Assembly (NCBI GenBank): GCA_963826785.1
Contig: CAWGYD010000011.1
Span: 31,177 to 95,176, forward strand
DNA length: 64,000 bases
From: an uncultured delta proteobacterium
GTDB taxonomy: Bacteria > Desulfobacterota > Desulfobacteria > Desulfobacterales > Desulfosalsimonadaceae
Direction: 5' to 3'
Shown: positions 1 to 9,322 of the stretch, one piece after another
Numbering within the stretch: position 1 is the first letter of the stretch
How the letters are laid out: each line of letters starts with the position of its first letter
The notes under the pieces: generated by a model
Told to the model about the DNA's origin: nothing
What the model saw: only the letters and a program-made list of their open reading frames with translations
The model's database searches: none
Made by a program: the position numbers and the translations under genes

Positions 1-300
1 ACGGGGTAAAAGTTGGGTGGTTTCAATGCTGATATTGTCCATCGCATCCGGTGGTCAGTTGACTGAAACAGCACGACACGCTATTTTTGGAATGCCTTTA
101 TTGATAACGTGAGCCCACGATGCTGTCAAGAATAAAGAGCAATCGTTCGATTTTGCGGACGGTGTCTGAACGGCGAATTCCGCAATGCTGAAAATACGAC
201 ATACGGTTCATTAGATGCCGCCGGAGACCGCAGAGATCCGCTTGAAAAAAAAAGAGTTTGACGCCTGATGCAAAAATTTATTTCCGTTCTATCGAATCTC

Positions 301-328
301 TTGACAATTGTGGATTTGGCATTAGAAT
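301..328 (+). promoter_or_regulatory. sigma70-type promoter upstream of 435..980
   Basis: TTGACA at 301-306, 16-nt spacer, TAGAAT at 323-328, inside an AT-rich intergenic tract. Confidence 0.6.
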
Positions 329-434
329 ACTATTATAATACTAACTAAGTGTTACCCTTGAATTGTTTTATTCACCGATTTTATTTCATTTCCTTTAATA
401 TAAACATCAATCCTATCATTTTTGAGAGGACGCC

Positions 435-980
435 ATGAAAGATGCGAAAAAAACAAATAGTGAACTGATTATCGACAGCCTGAGAAACGGTCGTTCACTG
501 CGATCTCCCGAGATCACGTCGATGGTTTCAGAAGCGGCCGGCAAGGAAATCAAAATCCAGGATGTCGCCAGCATACTGGCGAAGCTGAGCAACGCCAACA
601 AGTGCGATCTGGGGTATTTGATCCGTAAAAAGAAAACGGACCGCGGATACGAATACAGCCTGGTAAAGGAAGCCTATAACCTCTCCCCCGAAGAGACCTA
701 TGACCTTACCCGAAAAACCGGCAAGGATCGTTTCACGCTGGACGAGGCGCTGAAAAAGGCCCCTGGCCTGAAAAAATACGTCAAATCGGAGAAGAAAGCA
801 GAGCCTCGGAAAAACAACCGCGGAACCGTGCGGCAGCTTGCCGCCCCCTCTTCCGGGCAGGTGACCGCAGATACGGACCTGCGCGGATTGTTGGCCGGAT
901 TGATCAAGGAAGTCAGCGAGCAGGGTGGATTCAACGTAAACGTCAATCTCACCATCCAGTTCAAGGGACCGGGCAATTAA
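435..980 (+). CDS. Lys/Arg-rich hypothetical protein, probable winged-helix DNA-binding N-terminal domain
   Basis: 181-aa ORF with GAGAGGA RBS; helix-helix-helix then beta-hairpin pattern (IIDSLRNGRSLRSPEIT...DVASILAKLS...LIRKKKTDRGYEYSL). Confidence 0.6.
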   Translation: MKDAKKTNSELIIDSLRNGRSLRSPEITSMVSEAAGKEIKIQDVASILAKLSNANKCDLGYLIRKKKTDRGYEYSLVKEAYNLSPEETYDLTRKTGKDRFTLDEALKKAPGLKKYVKSEKKAEPRKNNRGTVRQLAAPSSGQVTADTDLRGLLAGLIKEVSEQGGFNVNVNLTIQFKGPGN

Positions 981-1047
981 CCACCGGGGCTGACGCCTCG
1001 ATTGTCACATGCATTGGAGTCCCTTCCGGTCAAATATGGGGTATGCC

Positions 1048-1389
1048 ATGATTGAAGCTTACGCCTTCGGTAGAATTCAGATCAGCGGCAAAGCATATAC
1101 CCGGGATGTGAAAATCATCGGCCGGAGGGTAGTTCCGGAGTGGTGGCGTAAAAACGGCCATTCGGTCGAGGCGGATGATATCAAGGATATTTTGGATGCC
1201 GGAGTGGATGTGCTTGTTCTGGGTCAGGGTGATCCCGGACGGATGCAATCCACTCCGGATCTGAAACAGCTGCTTAAAGAAAAGCAGATAAAGACCATTG
1301 AATTGCCGACCCGCCGGGCAATTGCCGAATTCAACCGGCTGATCGGCCAAACAGAAAACGTTGCCGCAGGTTTTCATCTCACCTGTTGA
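1048..1389 (+). CDS. Mth938-like (DUF498/AAMDC family) protein
   Basis: MIEAYAFGRIQISGKAYTRDV, VLVLGQG, LPTRRAIAEFN, GFHLTC end; start moved to ATG 1048. Confidence 0.85.
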   Translation: MIEAYAFGRIQISGKAYTRDVKIIGRRVVPEWWRKNGHSVEADDIKDILDAGVDVLVLGQGDPGRMQSTPDLKQLLKEKQIKTIELPTRRAIAEFNRLIGQTENVAAGFHLTC

Positions 1390-1603
1390 TCCCCGATTGA
1401 AATATTTTTTTTATTTCGCCTTTTCCCATTCTCCGGACATCCCGTAATACCTTCTACCTTCTTCACTTTTTCAGACGGCATGCCCCCCAAAGCATTCGCC
1501 ATTTCAAAAGCAATGTGATAATGACCCTTTTTTCTCCGGTTAAAAAATCAGACTTTGCGGCACAACGGGTGCTGCCGCAGGTCGAAATCAGACGGCACAC
1601 CAC

Positions 1604-2839
1604 ATGAAAACATTGAAAACACCGCTTGAGCTTCTGGCACCGGCCGGAAATTTCGAAAAACTTGAAATCGCCATTCATTATGGCGCAGACGCTCTATACC
1701 TGTCGGGGACAGATTTCAGCCTCAGAAACCAGGGCAAAAACTTCACCGTGGCACAGCTTCATGAGGCGGTCGCCCTGTGCCGTGAGAACCGCGTCAAAAC
1801 ATACGTGGCATGCAACATTTATCCCCGGACCCACGAGGAGTCTGACCTGATCCATTACCTGGACCAGATTGGGGACATCCGGCCCGACGGCATCATCTTG
1901 GCCGATCCCGGCCTGGTGATGACGGCCAGGCAGCGGATTCCATGGATTCCCATCCATTTGAGCACCCAGGCGAATACCACCAGTGCCATGGCCGCCCGCT
2001 TCTGGGAATCGATGGGAGTGAAGCGCATCAACGCCGCCCGGGAGCTCAGCCTTGCCGAAATAAAAGCCATATCCGTCAATGCGACCCTGGAAATCGAGGC
2101 GTTTGCCCACGGCGCCATGTGCATCTCCTATTCTGGCCGATGCCTGCTCAGCAGCTTCATGGCCCGGCGGGACGGCAACCGGGGGATGTGCGCACATCCC
2201 TGCCGCTGGAAATACGCGCTGGTGGAGGAACTTCGTCCCGGTGAGTACATGCCGCTGATCGAAGATGACCGCGGAAGCTATATCCTCAACTCAAAGGACC
2301 TGTGCATGATCGGCCACATTCCAAAAATGGTGGAAGCCGGCATTTCGGCTTTGAAAATCGAGGGCCGCATGAAAGGGATACTGTATCTGGCCTCCGCCAT
2401 CAAAGCCTATCGGGAAGCCATTGATGCATACTTTCAATCGCCGGAGGCTTACACTGTGGCTAAGGACTGGGTTCGGGAACTCGCCGGCATCGGGCCGAGG
2501 GGATACAGCACCGGTTTTTACCTGAATGACCCGGATCAGGCCATACCGGAATACGAAAACGCGGCCCTCCGCACCCCGTTTCTGTTTGCCGGCAAGGTCC
2601 TTTCAACAGATGGCGCAGGCCGTTCGAAAATTCAGGTGAGAAATAAGCTCGTCAGAGGAGATGCCGTCGAAATAATGGTTCAAAAAGGCCCGGCCCTCCG
2701 AACCCGGATCAGGCGAATCATCACCGCCGATGATCCGGATGCACAGAAGGCCAAGGCCGGTGAAAATGTTTTCATCGAGTGGGAACCGCCTGTGCCATGC
2801 GTTAAACACGATATCATCCGCAAACCCGATTCTTTCTGA
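1604..2839 (+). CDS. U32 family protein (TrhP/YegQ-like Fe-S tRNA hydroxylation protein)
   Basis: ELLAPAG, HLSTQAN, ARELSL, HGAMCISYSGRCLLS, NRGMCAHPCRWKY, KIEGRMK motifs; C-terminal beta-barrel domain. Confidence 0.9.
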   Translation: MKTLKTPLELLAPAGNFEKLEIAIHYGADALYLSGTDFSLRNQGKNFTVAQLHEAVALCRENRVKTYVACNIYPRTHEESDLIHYLDQIGDIRPDGIILADPGLVMTARQRIPWIPIHLSTQANTTSAMAARFWESMGVKRINAARELSLAEIKAISVNATLEIEAFAHGAMCISYSGRCLLSSFMARRDGNRGMCAHPCRWKYALVEELRPGEYMPLIEDDRGSYILNSKDLCMIGHIPKMVEAGISALKIEGRMKGILYLASAIKAYREAIDAYFQSPEAYTVAKDWVRELAGIGPRGYSTGFYLNDPDQAIPEYENAALRTPFLFAGKVLSTDGAGRSKIQVRNKLVRGDAVEIMVQKGPALRTRIRRIITADDPDAQKAKAGENVFIEWEPPVPCVKHDIIRKPDSF

Positions 2840-4116
2840 TGGCCGCCATGGAAACTTTCACTGCAGACGAACTTCACATCACCATAAGCAAGACCGGTGC
2901 GGACCGGTACGCCAAAATCAGCTATCCCCTCCGATACGGCATCTATACGGAAATCCAGTTCAACGCCTTCACATTCGGGTTCAACCTGAACGGGGAGATC
3001 AAAACCATTTCCGGCCGCGGTCGGGGATGGCTGGATGCGGCCGAATGGCTCAAGAGAACCGCCGGTGACGACTGGATCTATTTCTACTCCGGCGGGTACA
3101 CCGGCGCCTATGATTTCATGGGGGAATACTATATCCCCTGTCTGTCCTACTCCAGCAACGCCGTATTCGGCCGGGACCGGTTTGAATCGGAGGAAGTGGC
3201 GGCAGCCTTTAACACCTGGCAGCAGCTCCAAACCCGTATCGCTGCGCTCGATGAGAACCTGCTGCCGGAATCCGCCGCCCGGGTGATCCGGAAAATACGT
3301 CTGATGACCCCCTCTATGCTGAAAGAACGGGCGGATAGGCTGCACGGCATTATCGGCGGACCCGTTTCCGTCCTGCCGCCCGATGCCCGCCATGTGGAAT
3401 ACGATGTCATTCCCGTGATCATTGCCGATGGCTGCCTCTACCACTGCGGGTTTTGCAGCGTTAAATCAGAGCGCGGCTTCACACCGCGGACACGAAAAAA
3501 CATCGACGACCAGATCCGGAATTTAAAATCGCTCTATGATGCGGAACTGAAGAACTGCAGCAGCGTTTTTCTGGGCCAGCATGATGCGCTGCAGGCCGGT
3601 GCCGATCTCATCGAATATGCAGCCAAACGGGCATATACGGAATTTAATTTCAAACGCGCCTTCATGAAAGAGCCCCGGCTGTTTTTGTTCGGGAGCGCAG
3701 ATTCGCTCTTAAATGCCCCGGAGTCTCTGTTTGAACGCGTCAACCGCCTTCCCTTCACGACCCACATCAACATCGGGCTGGAATCCGCGGATCAGCAGAC
3801 GCTGCGGCTGCTTCAAAAACCGCTGAGCACCGAGAAAGTCAGCCAAGCCTTTCACCGCATGATCCGGATCAACCAGGCATTCAGCCAGATCGAGGTTTCC
3901 GCCAACTTTGTCTACGGCGCAAATCTGCCGGAACCCCACCTCCCCTCCATCCTGGACCTGACCCGCAATCAGCTCTCCCGGCCCCATGCCAAAGGCGCTG
4001 TTTACTTTTCGCCATTGGCGGATATCGGGTCCAAGCGAGCGTTGCTAAACCGTTTCATGGAATTTAAGAAACTCTGCCGCCTGCCGGCATTTCTCTATCT
4101 GATCCAGCGGCTGTAA
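2839..4116 (+). CDS. Radical SAM protein of unknown function with N-terminal extension
   Basis: CxxxCxxC (GCLYHCGFC), IGLESAD; ATG overlaps the U32 stop (TGATG). Confidence 0.85.
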   Translation: MAAMETFTADELHITISKTGADRYAKISYPLRYGIYTEIQFNAFTFGFNLNGEIKTISGRGRGWLDAAEWLKRTAGDDWIYFYSGGYTGAYDFMGEYYIPCLSYSSNAVFGRDRFESEEVAAAFNTWQQLQTRIAALDENLLPESAARVIRKIRLMTPSMLKERADRLHGIIGGPVSVLPPDARHVEYDVIPVIIADGCLYHCGFCSVKSERGFTPRTRKNIDDQIRNLKSLYDAELKNCSSVFLGQHDALQAGADLIEYAAKRAYTEFNFKRAFMKEPRLFLFGSADSLLNAPESLFERVNRLPFTTHINIGLESADQQTLRLLQKPLSTEKVSQAFHRMIRINQAFSQIEVSANFVYGANLPEPHLPSILDLTRNQLSRPHAKGAVYFSPLADIGSKRALLNRFMEFKKLCRLPAFLYLIQRL

Positions 4117-4118
4117 AG

Positions 4119-4379
4119 TTATTTCGGGAGCAGTTTGGCGGCAGCCACAAATTTCTCGTTCATTTCGAGATTCATCTTCCCCGCTTCTTCAAGCAGGTCC
4201 GCCACCTGATCCATTTTCTGTTCCCGGGCTTTTTCCGCCCAATCCGCGTAGGTTCCGGCATGATCCTCGTTGTGGCGGATCCAGTGAGCGATGATTTTCT
4301 TCAGTTTTTCTTCAAACGGCATCTGAGTCGTTGATTCATGATGATGGTCATGGTGGTCGTGATCGTCGTGATGATTCAT
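4119..4379 (-). CDS. Small His/Asp-rich helical protein, probable metal binding
   Basis: 86 aa, N-terminus MNHHDDHDHHDHHHE, HWIRHNEDH motif, GGGGG RBS-like upstream. Confidence 0.7.
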   Translation of the reverse strand: MNHHDDHDHHDHHHESTTQMPFEEKLKKIIAHWIRHNEDHAGTYADWAEKAREQKMDQVADLLEEAGKMNLEMNEKFVAAAKLLPK

Positions 4380-4648
4380 AAATTATACCCCCTTTCCAGA
4401 AATTCGTTTCTTCTTAGATGTTAACCTGAATGAACCTTATTATATTCGGCATGCGCAAATTCACCAGAAAGATTTTCAGTGCGGCATGGATTTTCACCGT
4501 ATTCAAAATTATACATCATTTACAAATGCGTTCCAAATGTCTAAATTTATCCTTGATACGGAAATGATTTGCAATATTTTGGCATTGATACCGGCATGCC
4601 GTCACTATGATTTTGGATGAAACGTAAGTTTAAAAGGAGGTCAGCGAT

Positions 4649-6286
4649 ATGGCGCAAACAGAAGATTACACGGAACAGGAAGCGCTTGAACAGGCGGAGC
4701 AGCAGATTAAAAAAATTTTTGAACAGATCCCCCGGCCCATTCCCGTCACCCTGTTTTTCAAGAAAGGGGATAACGATGTATTCACCGATGCAGCCCGGCA
4801 GGGGCTTTCCTTTTTCAGCAGGATGACGGATAAAATCGTATTCGAGGAATACAACCTGTCCCACAAACTGGCCAAAAAACACCATGTCAGCCAATCCCCC
4901 ACCATTTTAATCGATCCTGAAAACTACAAAATCCGGTGGCTGGGCGCCCCCATCGGTGAAGAGGGGCGCATTTTCGTGGAGGCCTTGCTCCTGGCCGGGT
5001 TTCAAAAAAGTCAGATCGGCGATCAGTCCAAGAAAGTGCTCGATTCCATCGAGGAGGATCGCCATATCAAGCTTTTTGTCAGCCATACCTGCCCCTACTG
5101 TCCCCAGCAGGCATTGAATGCGTTGAAAGCCGCTGTGGAGCGGCCGGATCTGGTCACGCTCGAGATCATCGACATTCAGGCCAATCCGGACCTGGCCCGA
5201 CAGTACAATGCCCAGGCAGTCCCCCAGACCTATGCCAATGACGTGCTCATCGCCCAGGGTGCCCAGCCGGAGGAACTCTTTATGCTTTCCCTGCAGAAGA
5301 TGGAGCAGCAGACCGTGTTTATTCCGGACAGCGATGCCGAGGAAGTGGAAACCGACCTGGTCATCGTAGGCGGGGGGCCCGCCGGTTTGACGGCCGGCAT
5401 CTATGCGGCCCGAAGCGGACTGAAAAGCGTAGTGCTGGAGCGAAATGTCCTGGGCGGCCAGGTGGCCACCACGCCTGTGGTGGAAAACTATCCGGGCCTG
5501 ACCTCCATCGGCGGCAAGCGGCTGGTGGAGATCATGGTTTCCCATGCCCTGGAATACATCCAGATCTTTCAGGGGGAGGAAGTCATGGAGATTCAGGAGG
5601 GAATGCCCATGACCGTGGTGACCAACAAGCGCCGATTCATCACCAAGGCCCTGCTGCTGGCCACGGGCGCCACCCACAAGCATTTGGGCGTGCCCGGGGA
5701 AGAACGGCTGTCCGGGCGGGGGGTCAGCTACTGCAGCACCTGTGACGGCCCGCTGTTTGCCGGCCACCGGGTGATCATGGTGGGCGGGGGCGACAGCGCG
5801 GCCACCGAAGCCCTGCACCTGAAAAACATCGGCGTGGATGTCACCCTGGTGCACTGGACGGAAAAGCTCGACGCACAGGATTTTCTCGCCCGCCAGCTGA
5901 CGGACAACGGCATCCCCGTGATGTACAACACCCAGATCAAGGAAATTGTCGGCGACCGGGCCGTAGAAGCGGTTCTCCTTTACGACAGCAAGACCGGGAC
6001 CACCAAGCGGCTTGCCGTGGACGGGGTATTTATCGCCATCGGCTATCAGCCCACCACCGATCTGGCGGAAAAAATCGGCGTCAAGCTGACCCCGCAGGGC
6101 TATATCGAAGAGGACAAGTACCGGACCAATATACCGGGCGTTTATGCGGCAGGTGACGTGTCCGGCGGATTCAACCAGATCGTGACCGCCTCCGGCCACG
6201 GGGCTGAGGCGGCCCTGACCATATTCGAAGACCAGATCCACCCCTACTGGAAACAGGAGAGAATCAAGGAGGTCAAAACAGCATAA
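4649..6286 (+). CDS. AhpF-like thioredoxin reductase (N-terminal double thioredoxin fold fused to TrxB)
   Basis: AGGAGG RBS; CPYC in the N-terminal domain; GGGPAGLTA FAD motif, CSTC, GGGDSA, GVYAAGD. Confidence 0.9.
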   Translation: MAQTEDYTEQEALEQAEQQIKKIFEQIPRPIPVTLFFKKGDNDVFTDAARQGLSFFSRMTDKIVFEEYNLSHKLAKKHHVSQSPTILIDPENYKIRWLGAPIGEEGRIFVEALLLAGFQKSQIGDQSKKVLDSIEEDRHIKLFVSHTCPYCPQQALNALKAAVERPDLVTLEIIDIQANPDLARQYNAQAVPQTYANDVLIAQGAQPEELFMLSLQKMEQQTVFIPDSDAEEVETDLVIVGGGPAGLTAGIYAARSGLKSVVLERNVLGGQVATTPVVENYPGLTSIGGKRLVEIMVSHALEYIQIFQGEEVMEIQEGMPMTVVTNKRRFITKALLLATGATHKHLGVPGEERLSGRGVSYCSTCDGPLFAGHRVIMVGGGDSAATEALHLKNIGVDVTLVHWTEKLDAQDFLARQLTDNGIPVMYNTQIKEIVGDRAVEAVLLYDSKTGTTKRLAVDGVFIAIGYQPTTDLAEKIGVKLTPQGYIEEDKYRTNIPGVYAAGDVSGGFNQIVTASGHGAEAALTIFEDQIHPYWKQERIKEVKTA

Positions 6287-6341
6287 AAGAAACGGCTGAA
6301 TCGCTTCAATGGTTTGGCCGAAGTGACTGCCCCTTTTGTAC

Positions 6342-7244
6342 TCACCGTTTTCGGCGCAGGCGGGACCGGTAAATGATGGCGATCAAATTCATGCCCAGCA
6401 CCAGGGTGATGAGCACCAGGGCGGTGCCGTACTGGAGGGGCCTCGTTTTTTCGATTTCCGTTCCCGCGGTGGCCAGGACATAGATGTGGTAAGGCAGCGC
6501 CATCACGGAATCAAAAACCGATGAAGGCAGGCGGGTGGTGAAAAATACGGCGGCCGTGAACATGATGGCGGCGGTTTCACCGGCCGCACGGCTTAAAGCC
6601 AGGATTCCACCGGTCAGCATGGACGGGAGAGAGGCCGGCAGCACCACCCGGAATATGGTCTGCCACTTGGTGGCCCCCAATCCCAGGGACGCCTCCCGGT
6701 AGGTATTCGGAACCGCTTTCAGCGCTTCCTCAGCCGTCCCGATGATCACCGGAAGGGTGAGAAACCCCAATGTCAGGGCGCCTGCGGCAATGCTGACCCC
6801 CATTTTCATCCAGGTCACGAAAAAAGCCAGCCCGAAAAGCCCGAACACCACCGACGGGACCCCGGCCAGGTTGTTGATGCCAAACCGGATGGCCCGCAGC
6901 AGCGCCCCCTGCCGGGCGTATTCATTGAGATAGACGGCAGAAGCAATCCCCAGGGGCAATGCGATCACCAGCGCGCCGATGCTCAGGTAGACGGTCCCCA
7001 CGATGCAGGGGAAAATGCCGCCTCTGGTCATGGAGTCGGTGGGCGGCTGGGTCAGAAAAGTCCAGGTGATGGCCCGCCAGCCGTTTTTGACCAGAAAATA
7101 CACAATGATAAACAGGGCCAGGGAGTTGATCAGCGCCGCCACCCGGAACAGGGAGAACATGGACCTCTGCAGAATCGTCCGGCGTTTTGACGTACGGTGC
7201 CCAATCCAGATGGGGACATCTTCAACGTTTTCCATTTTCAACAT
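6342..7244 (-). CDS. pstA: Phosphate ABC transporter permease PstA
   Basis: NLAGVPSVVFGLFG, REASLGLGATKWQT, RAAGETA; follows pstC. Confidence 0.95.
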   Translation of the reverse strand: MLKMENVEDVPIWIGHRTSKRRTILQRSMFSLFRVAALINSLALFIIVYFLVKNGWRAITWTFLTQPPTDSMTRGGIFPCIVGTVYLSIGALVIALPLGIASAVYLNEYARQGALLRAIRFGINNLAGVPSVVFGLFGLAFFVTWMKMGVSIAAGALTLGFLTLPVIIGTAEEALKAVPNTYREASLGLGATKWQTIFRVVLPASLPSMLTGGILALSRAAGETAAIMFTAAVFFTTRLPSSVFDSVMALPYHIYVLATAGTEIEKTRPLQYGTALVLITLVLGMNLIAIIYRSRLRRKR

Positions 7245-7262
7245 CGATCCCGTCTGCGCGGT

Positions 7263-8156
7263 TTACAAGGTGGCCGCACCCACCTGACGGTGCTTGTGAG
7301 ATACATAATCGGCAATGAAATTAAATATCAGCGTAAAGATGAACAGGACCATGCCGGTGGCAAACAGGGCATAATAGTGGTCGCTGTGGAACGGCGCTTC
7401 CGCCATCTCCGCTGCGATGCTGGCCGGCATGGGCCGCACCGGATCAAACAGTGAAGACGGGATCATGGCCGCGCCGCCCGCCACCATCAAGACCACCATG
7501 GTTTCCCCGATGGCCCGGGACATGCCCAGGATGACGGCGGTGCTCAATCCGGACAGGGATGCAGGGATCACCACCCGGACAATGCTTTCCCAGTGCGTGG
7601 CCCCCAGGGCCAGGGATGCTTCCTTCAATTCGGGGGCAACGCTGGAAATGGCGTCTTCGGATATGGTGCAGATGGTGGGCACGGACATGAAGGCCAGCAT
7701 CAGGGATGCATTGAACAGATTCAGGCCGGTGGCGATCCCCAGGGCGTCTTGCAGAAAAGGAGCGACGATCACCATGCCGAAAAACCCGATGACCACCGAT
7801 GGGAGCGAGGCCAGCAATTCCACCAGCGGCTTGGCGATCTCCTTGATCCGCGGGGAGGCGATTTCCGCCAGATAGAGGGCGGTCATCACCCCCAGGGGAA
7901 TGGCCAGCGCGGCCGAACAGAGCGTGACCAGCAATGAGGCCACGATCAGGGGGAATATCCCGAAATCGGGCGGGTCCGCAGTGGGATACCAGTAGGTGCC
8001 AAAGAGGAAATCCTTAACGGAAACCACCTTGAAAATGGGAATTCCCTCTCTGGCCAGAAACAAGAGGATCAAGGCCAGGATGGCGATGGAGACAAAGGCA
8101 AACGCAAAGAAGATTTTGCGGATGCCGATTTCTTTCATTTGTCGAATTGAGGCCAT
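7263..8156 (-). CDS. pstC: Phosphate ABC transporter permease PstC
   Basis: ELLASLPSVVIGFFG, EASLALGATHWE, RAIGETMVVLMVAG. Confidence 0.95.
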   Translation of the reverse strand: MASIRQMKEIGIRKIFFAFAFVSIAILALILLFLAREGIPIFKVVSVKDFLFGTYWYPTADPPDFGIFPLIVASLLVTLCSAALAIPLGVMTALYLAEIASPRIKEIAKPLVELLASLPSVVIGFFGMVIVAPFLQDALGIATGLNLFNASLMLAFMSVPTICTISEDAISSVAPELKEASLALGATHWESIVRVVIPASLSGLSTAVILGMSRAIGETMVVLMVAGGAAMIPSSLFDPVRPMPASIAAEMAEAPFHSDHYYALFATGMVLFIFTLIFNFIADYVSHKHRQVGAATL

Positions 8157-8242
8157 GGGCTACCGGTTCTTTTCAAATCAGGGCCGGCGAGGAAAGAACG
8201 CCTCTCCGGCGTATTCATCTTCGTTTCTGTATGGATGACAAG

Positions 8243-9061
8243 TTAGTAGAGCGGGATGTAATCCGCCTCGGCCACAATCCGCTGCCCCTTTTGGGGGTTC
8301 ATGATGAAGTTGATGAACTTGAGCGTCGTGCCGGTCGGCCATCCTTTGGTGAACATATACAGCACGCGGCTGATGGGATAAGCTGCCGGATTTTCGATGC
8401 TGGCCTTTTCCCCGTTGACGCTCAGCCCTTTTAGTTCCTTGTTGAGATAACTCAGGCCGACATAGCCGATGGCGTTTTGATTTTTGGAAACCGCCTGGGC
8501 CACCGCCCCGTTGGATGCCTGGAGCAGGGCACCCGGAAAAACGCGGGCTTTTTCCATGACGATTTCTTCCCAGACCTCATAGGTGCCTGAAGAGGTATCC
8601 CTGGAAATCACGACGATGGGTTTATCCGGGCCGCCCACCTGTTTCCAGTTTTTCACCTTGCCCTCGTATATGTCTTTTAACTGGGCCAGCGTCAGGTTGG
8701 TGACGGGATTGGATGGGTGCACCACCGGAACGATGCAGTCGTAGGCAATGCCGAAGGGCACCGGGTAGACGCCTTTTTCCACTGCCAGGGCGACCTCCTT
8801 CTGCTTGATGAACCGGGAGGAATCGGCAATATCGGTGGTGCCGTCGATGATGGCCTTGATGCCGTTTCCGGACCCGCCGCCGGATACGGAAACGTTTACG
8901 TCCGGGTGAATCTTCATGAATTCCTCGGCGGCTTTCTGGGCAATGGGCAGGACCGTGGTGGAACCCTTGATCACCAGATCCTTGGCCCAGGCATTTACGG
9001 AGACACAAAACAACAGGGTAAACAGAACCAAAAATTTCAGACCATTGGGTATGCTTTTCAT
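8243..9061 (-). CDS. pstS: Phosphate ABC transporter substrate-binding protein PstS
   Basis: Signal peptide; KGSTTVLP, GGGSGNG, SRDTSSGT, YPISR motifs. Confidence 0.95.
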   Translation of the reverse strand: MKSIPNGLKFLVLFTLLFCVSVNAWAKDLVIKGSTTVLPIAQKAAEEFMKIHPDVNVSVSGGGSGNGIKAIIDGTTDIADSSRFIKQKEVALAVEKGVYPVPFGIAYDCIVPVVHPSNPVTNLTLAQLKDIYEGKVKNWKQVGGPDKPIVVISRDTSSGTYEVWEEIVMEKARVFPGALLQASNGAVAQAVSKNQNAIGYVGLSYLNKELKGLSVNGEKASIENPAAYPISRVLYMFTKGWPTGTTLKFINFIMNPQKGQRIVAEADYIPLY

Positions 9062-9177
9062 TTAACGTGCTCCTGATTTAAGGGTTTTCATCCACATTTT
9101 TCTGGTTTATATTAAAAATCCGTCGGTTCTGATCGGCTTGCAAGCTTTTCCCCGATGCTGAATTAATAATCCCCGAT

Positions 9178-9250
9178 TATGACAATCGCGTGACAAACAG
9201 ACTAAAAACAAATGACGTTTCCGTCATGGAAATGTCACACAAGCTTCACA
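9178..9250. promoter_or_regulatory. Back-to-back pho boxes for pstS and phoB
   Basis: Plus strand: GTCAT 9223, GTCAC 9234, TTCAC 9245 (11-bp period). Minus-strand half-sites read on + as TGAC at 9180, 9191, 9213 (11/22-bp spacing). Confidence 0.8.
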
Positions 9251-9322
9251 ATTTTGTTTTATATAATGGTTATTGTTTATTTTGTATTTTTCAAGCGACC
9301 TTGATCATCCGGCAGGAAGAAA

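Noticed and set aside
1..42. Possible start of a minus-strand gene (MDNISIETTQLLPR) running off the window
   Set aside because: Only 14 codons are visible and the RBS is weak, so it cannot be supported.
1380..1400. Selenocysteine read-through at TGA after HLTC in the Mth938 gene
   Set aside because: HxTC is the normal C-terminus of this family and no SECIS-like hairpin is evident downstream.
4907..6241. 444-aa minus-strand ORF, and similar long shadow ORFs at 21686..22840, 22023..22988, 23434..24348, 34999..35793, 59782..60696 and 62581..63909
   Set aside because: Antisense or alternate-frame shadows of well-supported genes in GC-rich DNA, with no recognisable motifs.
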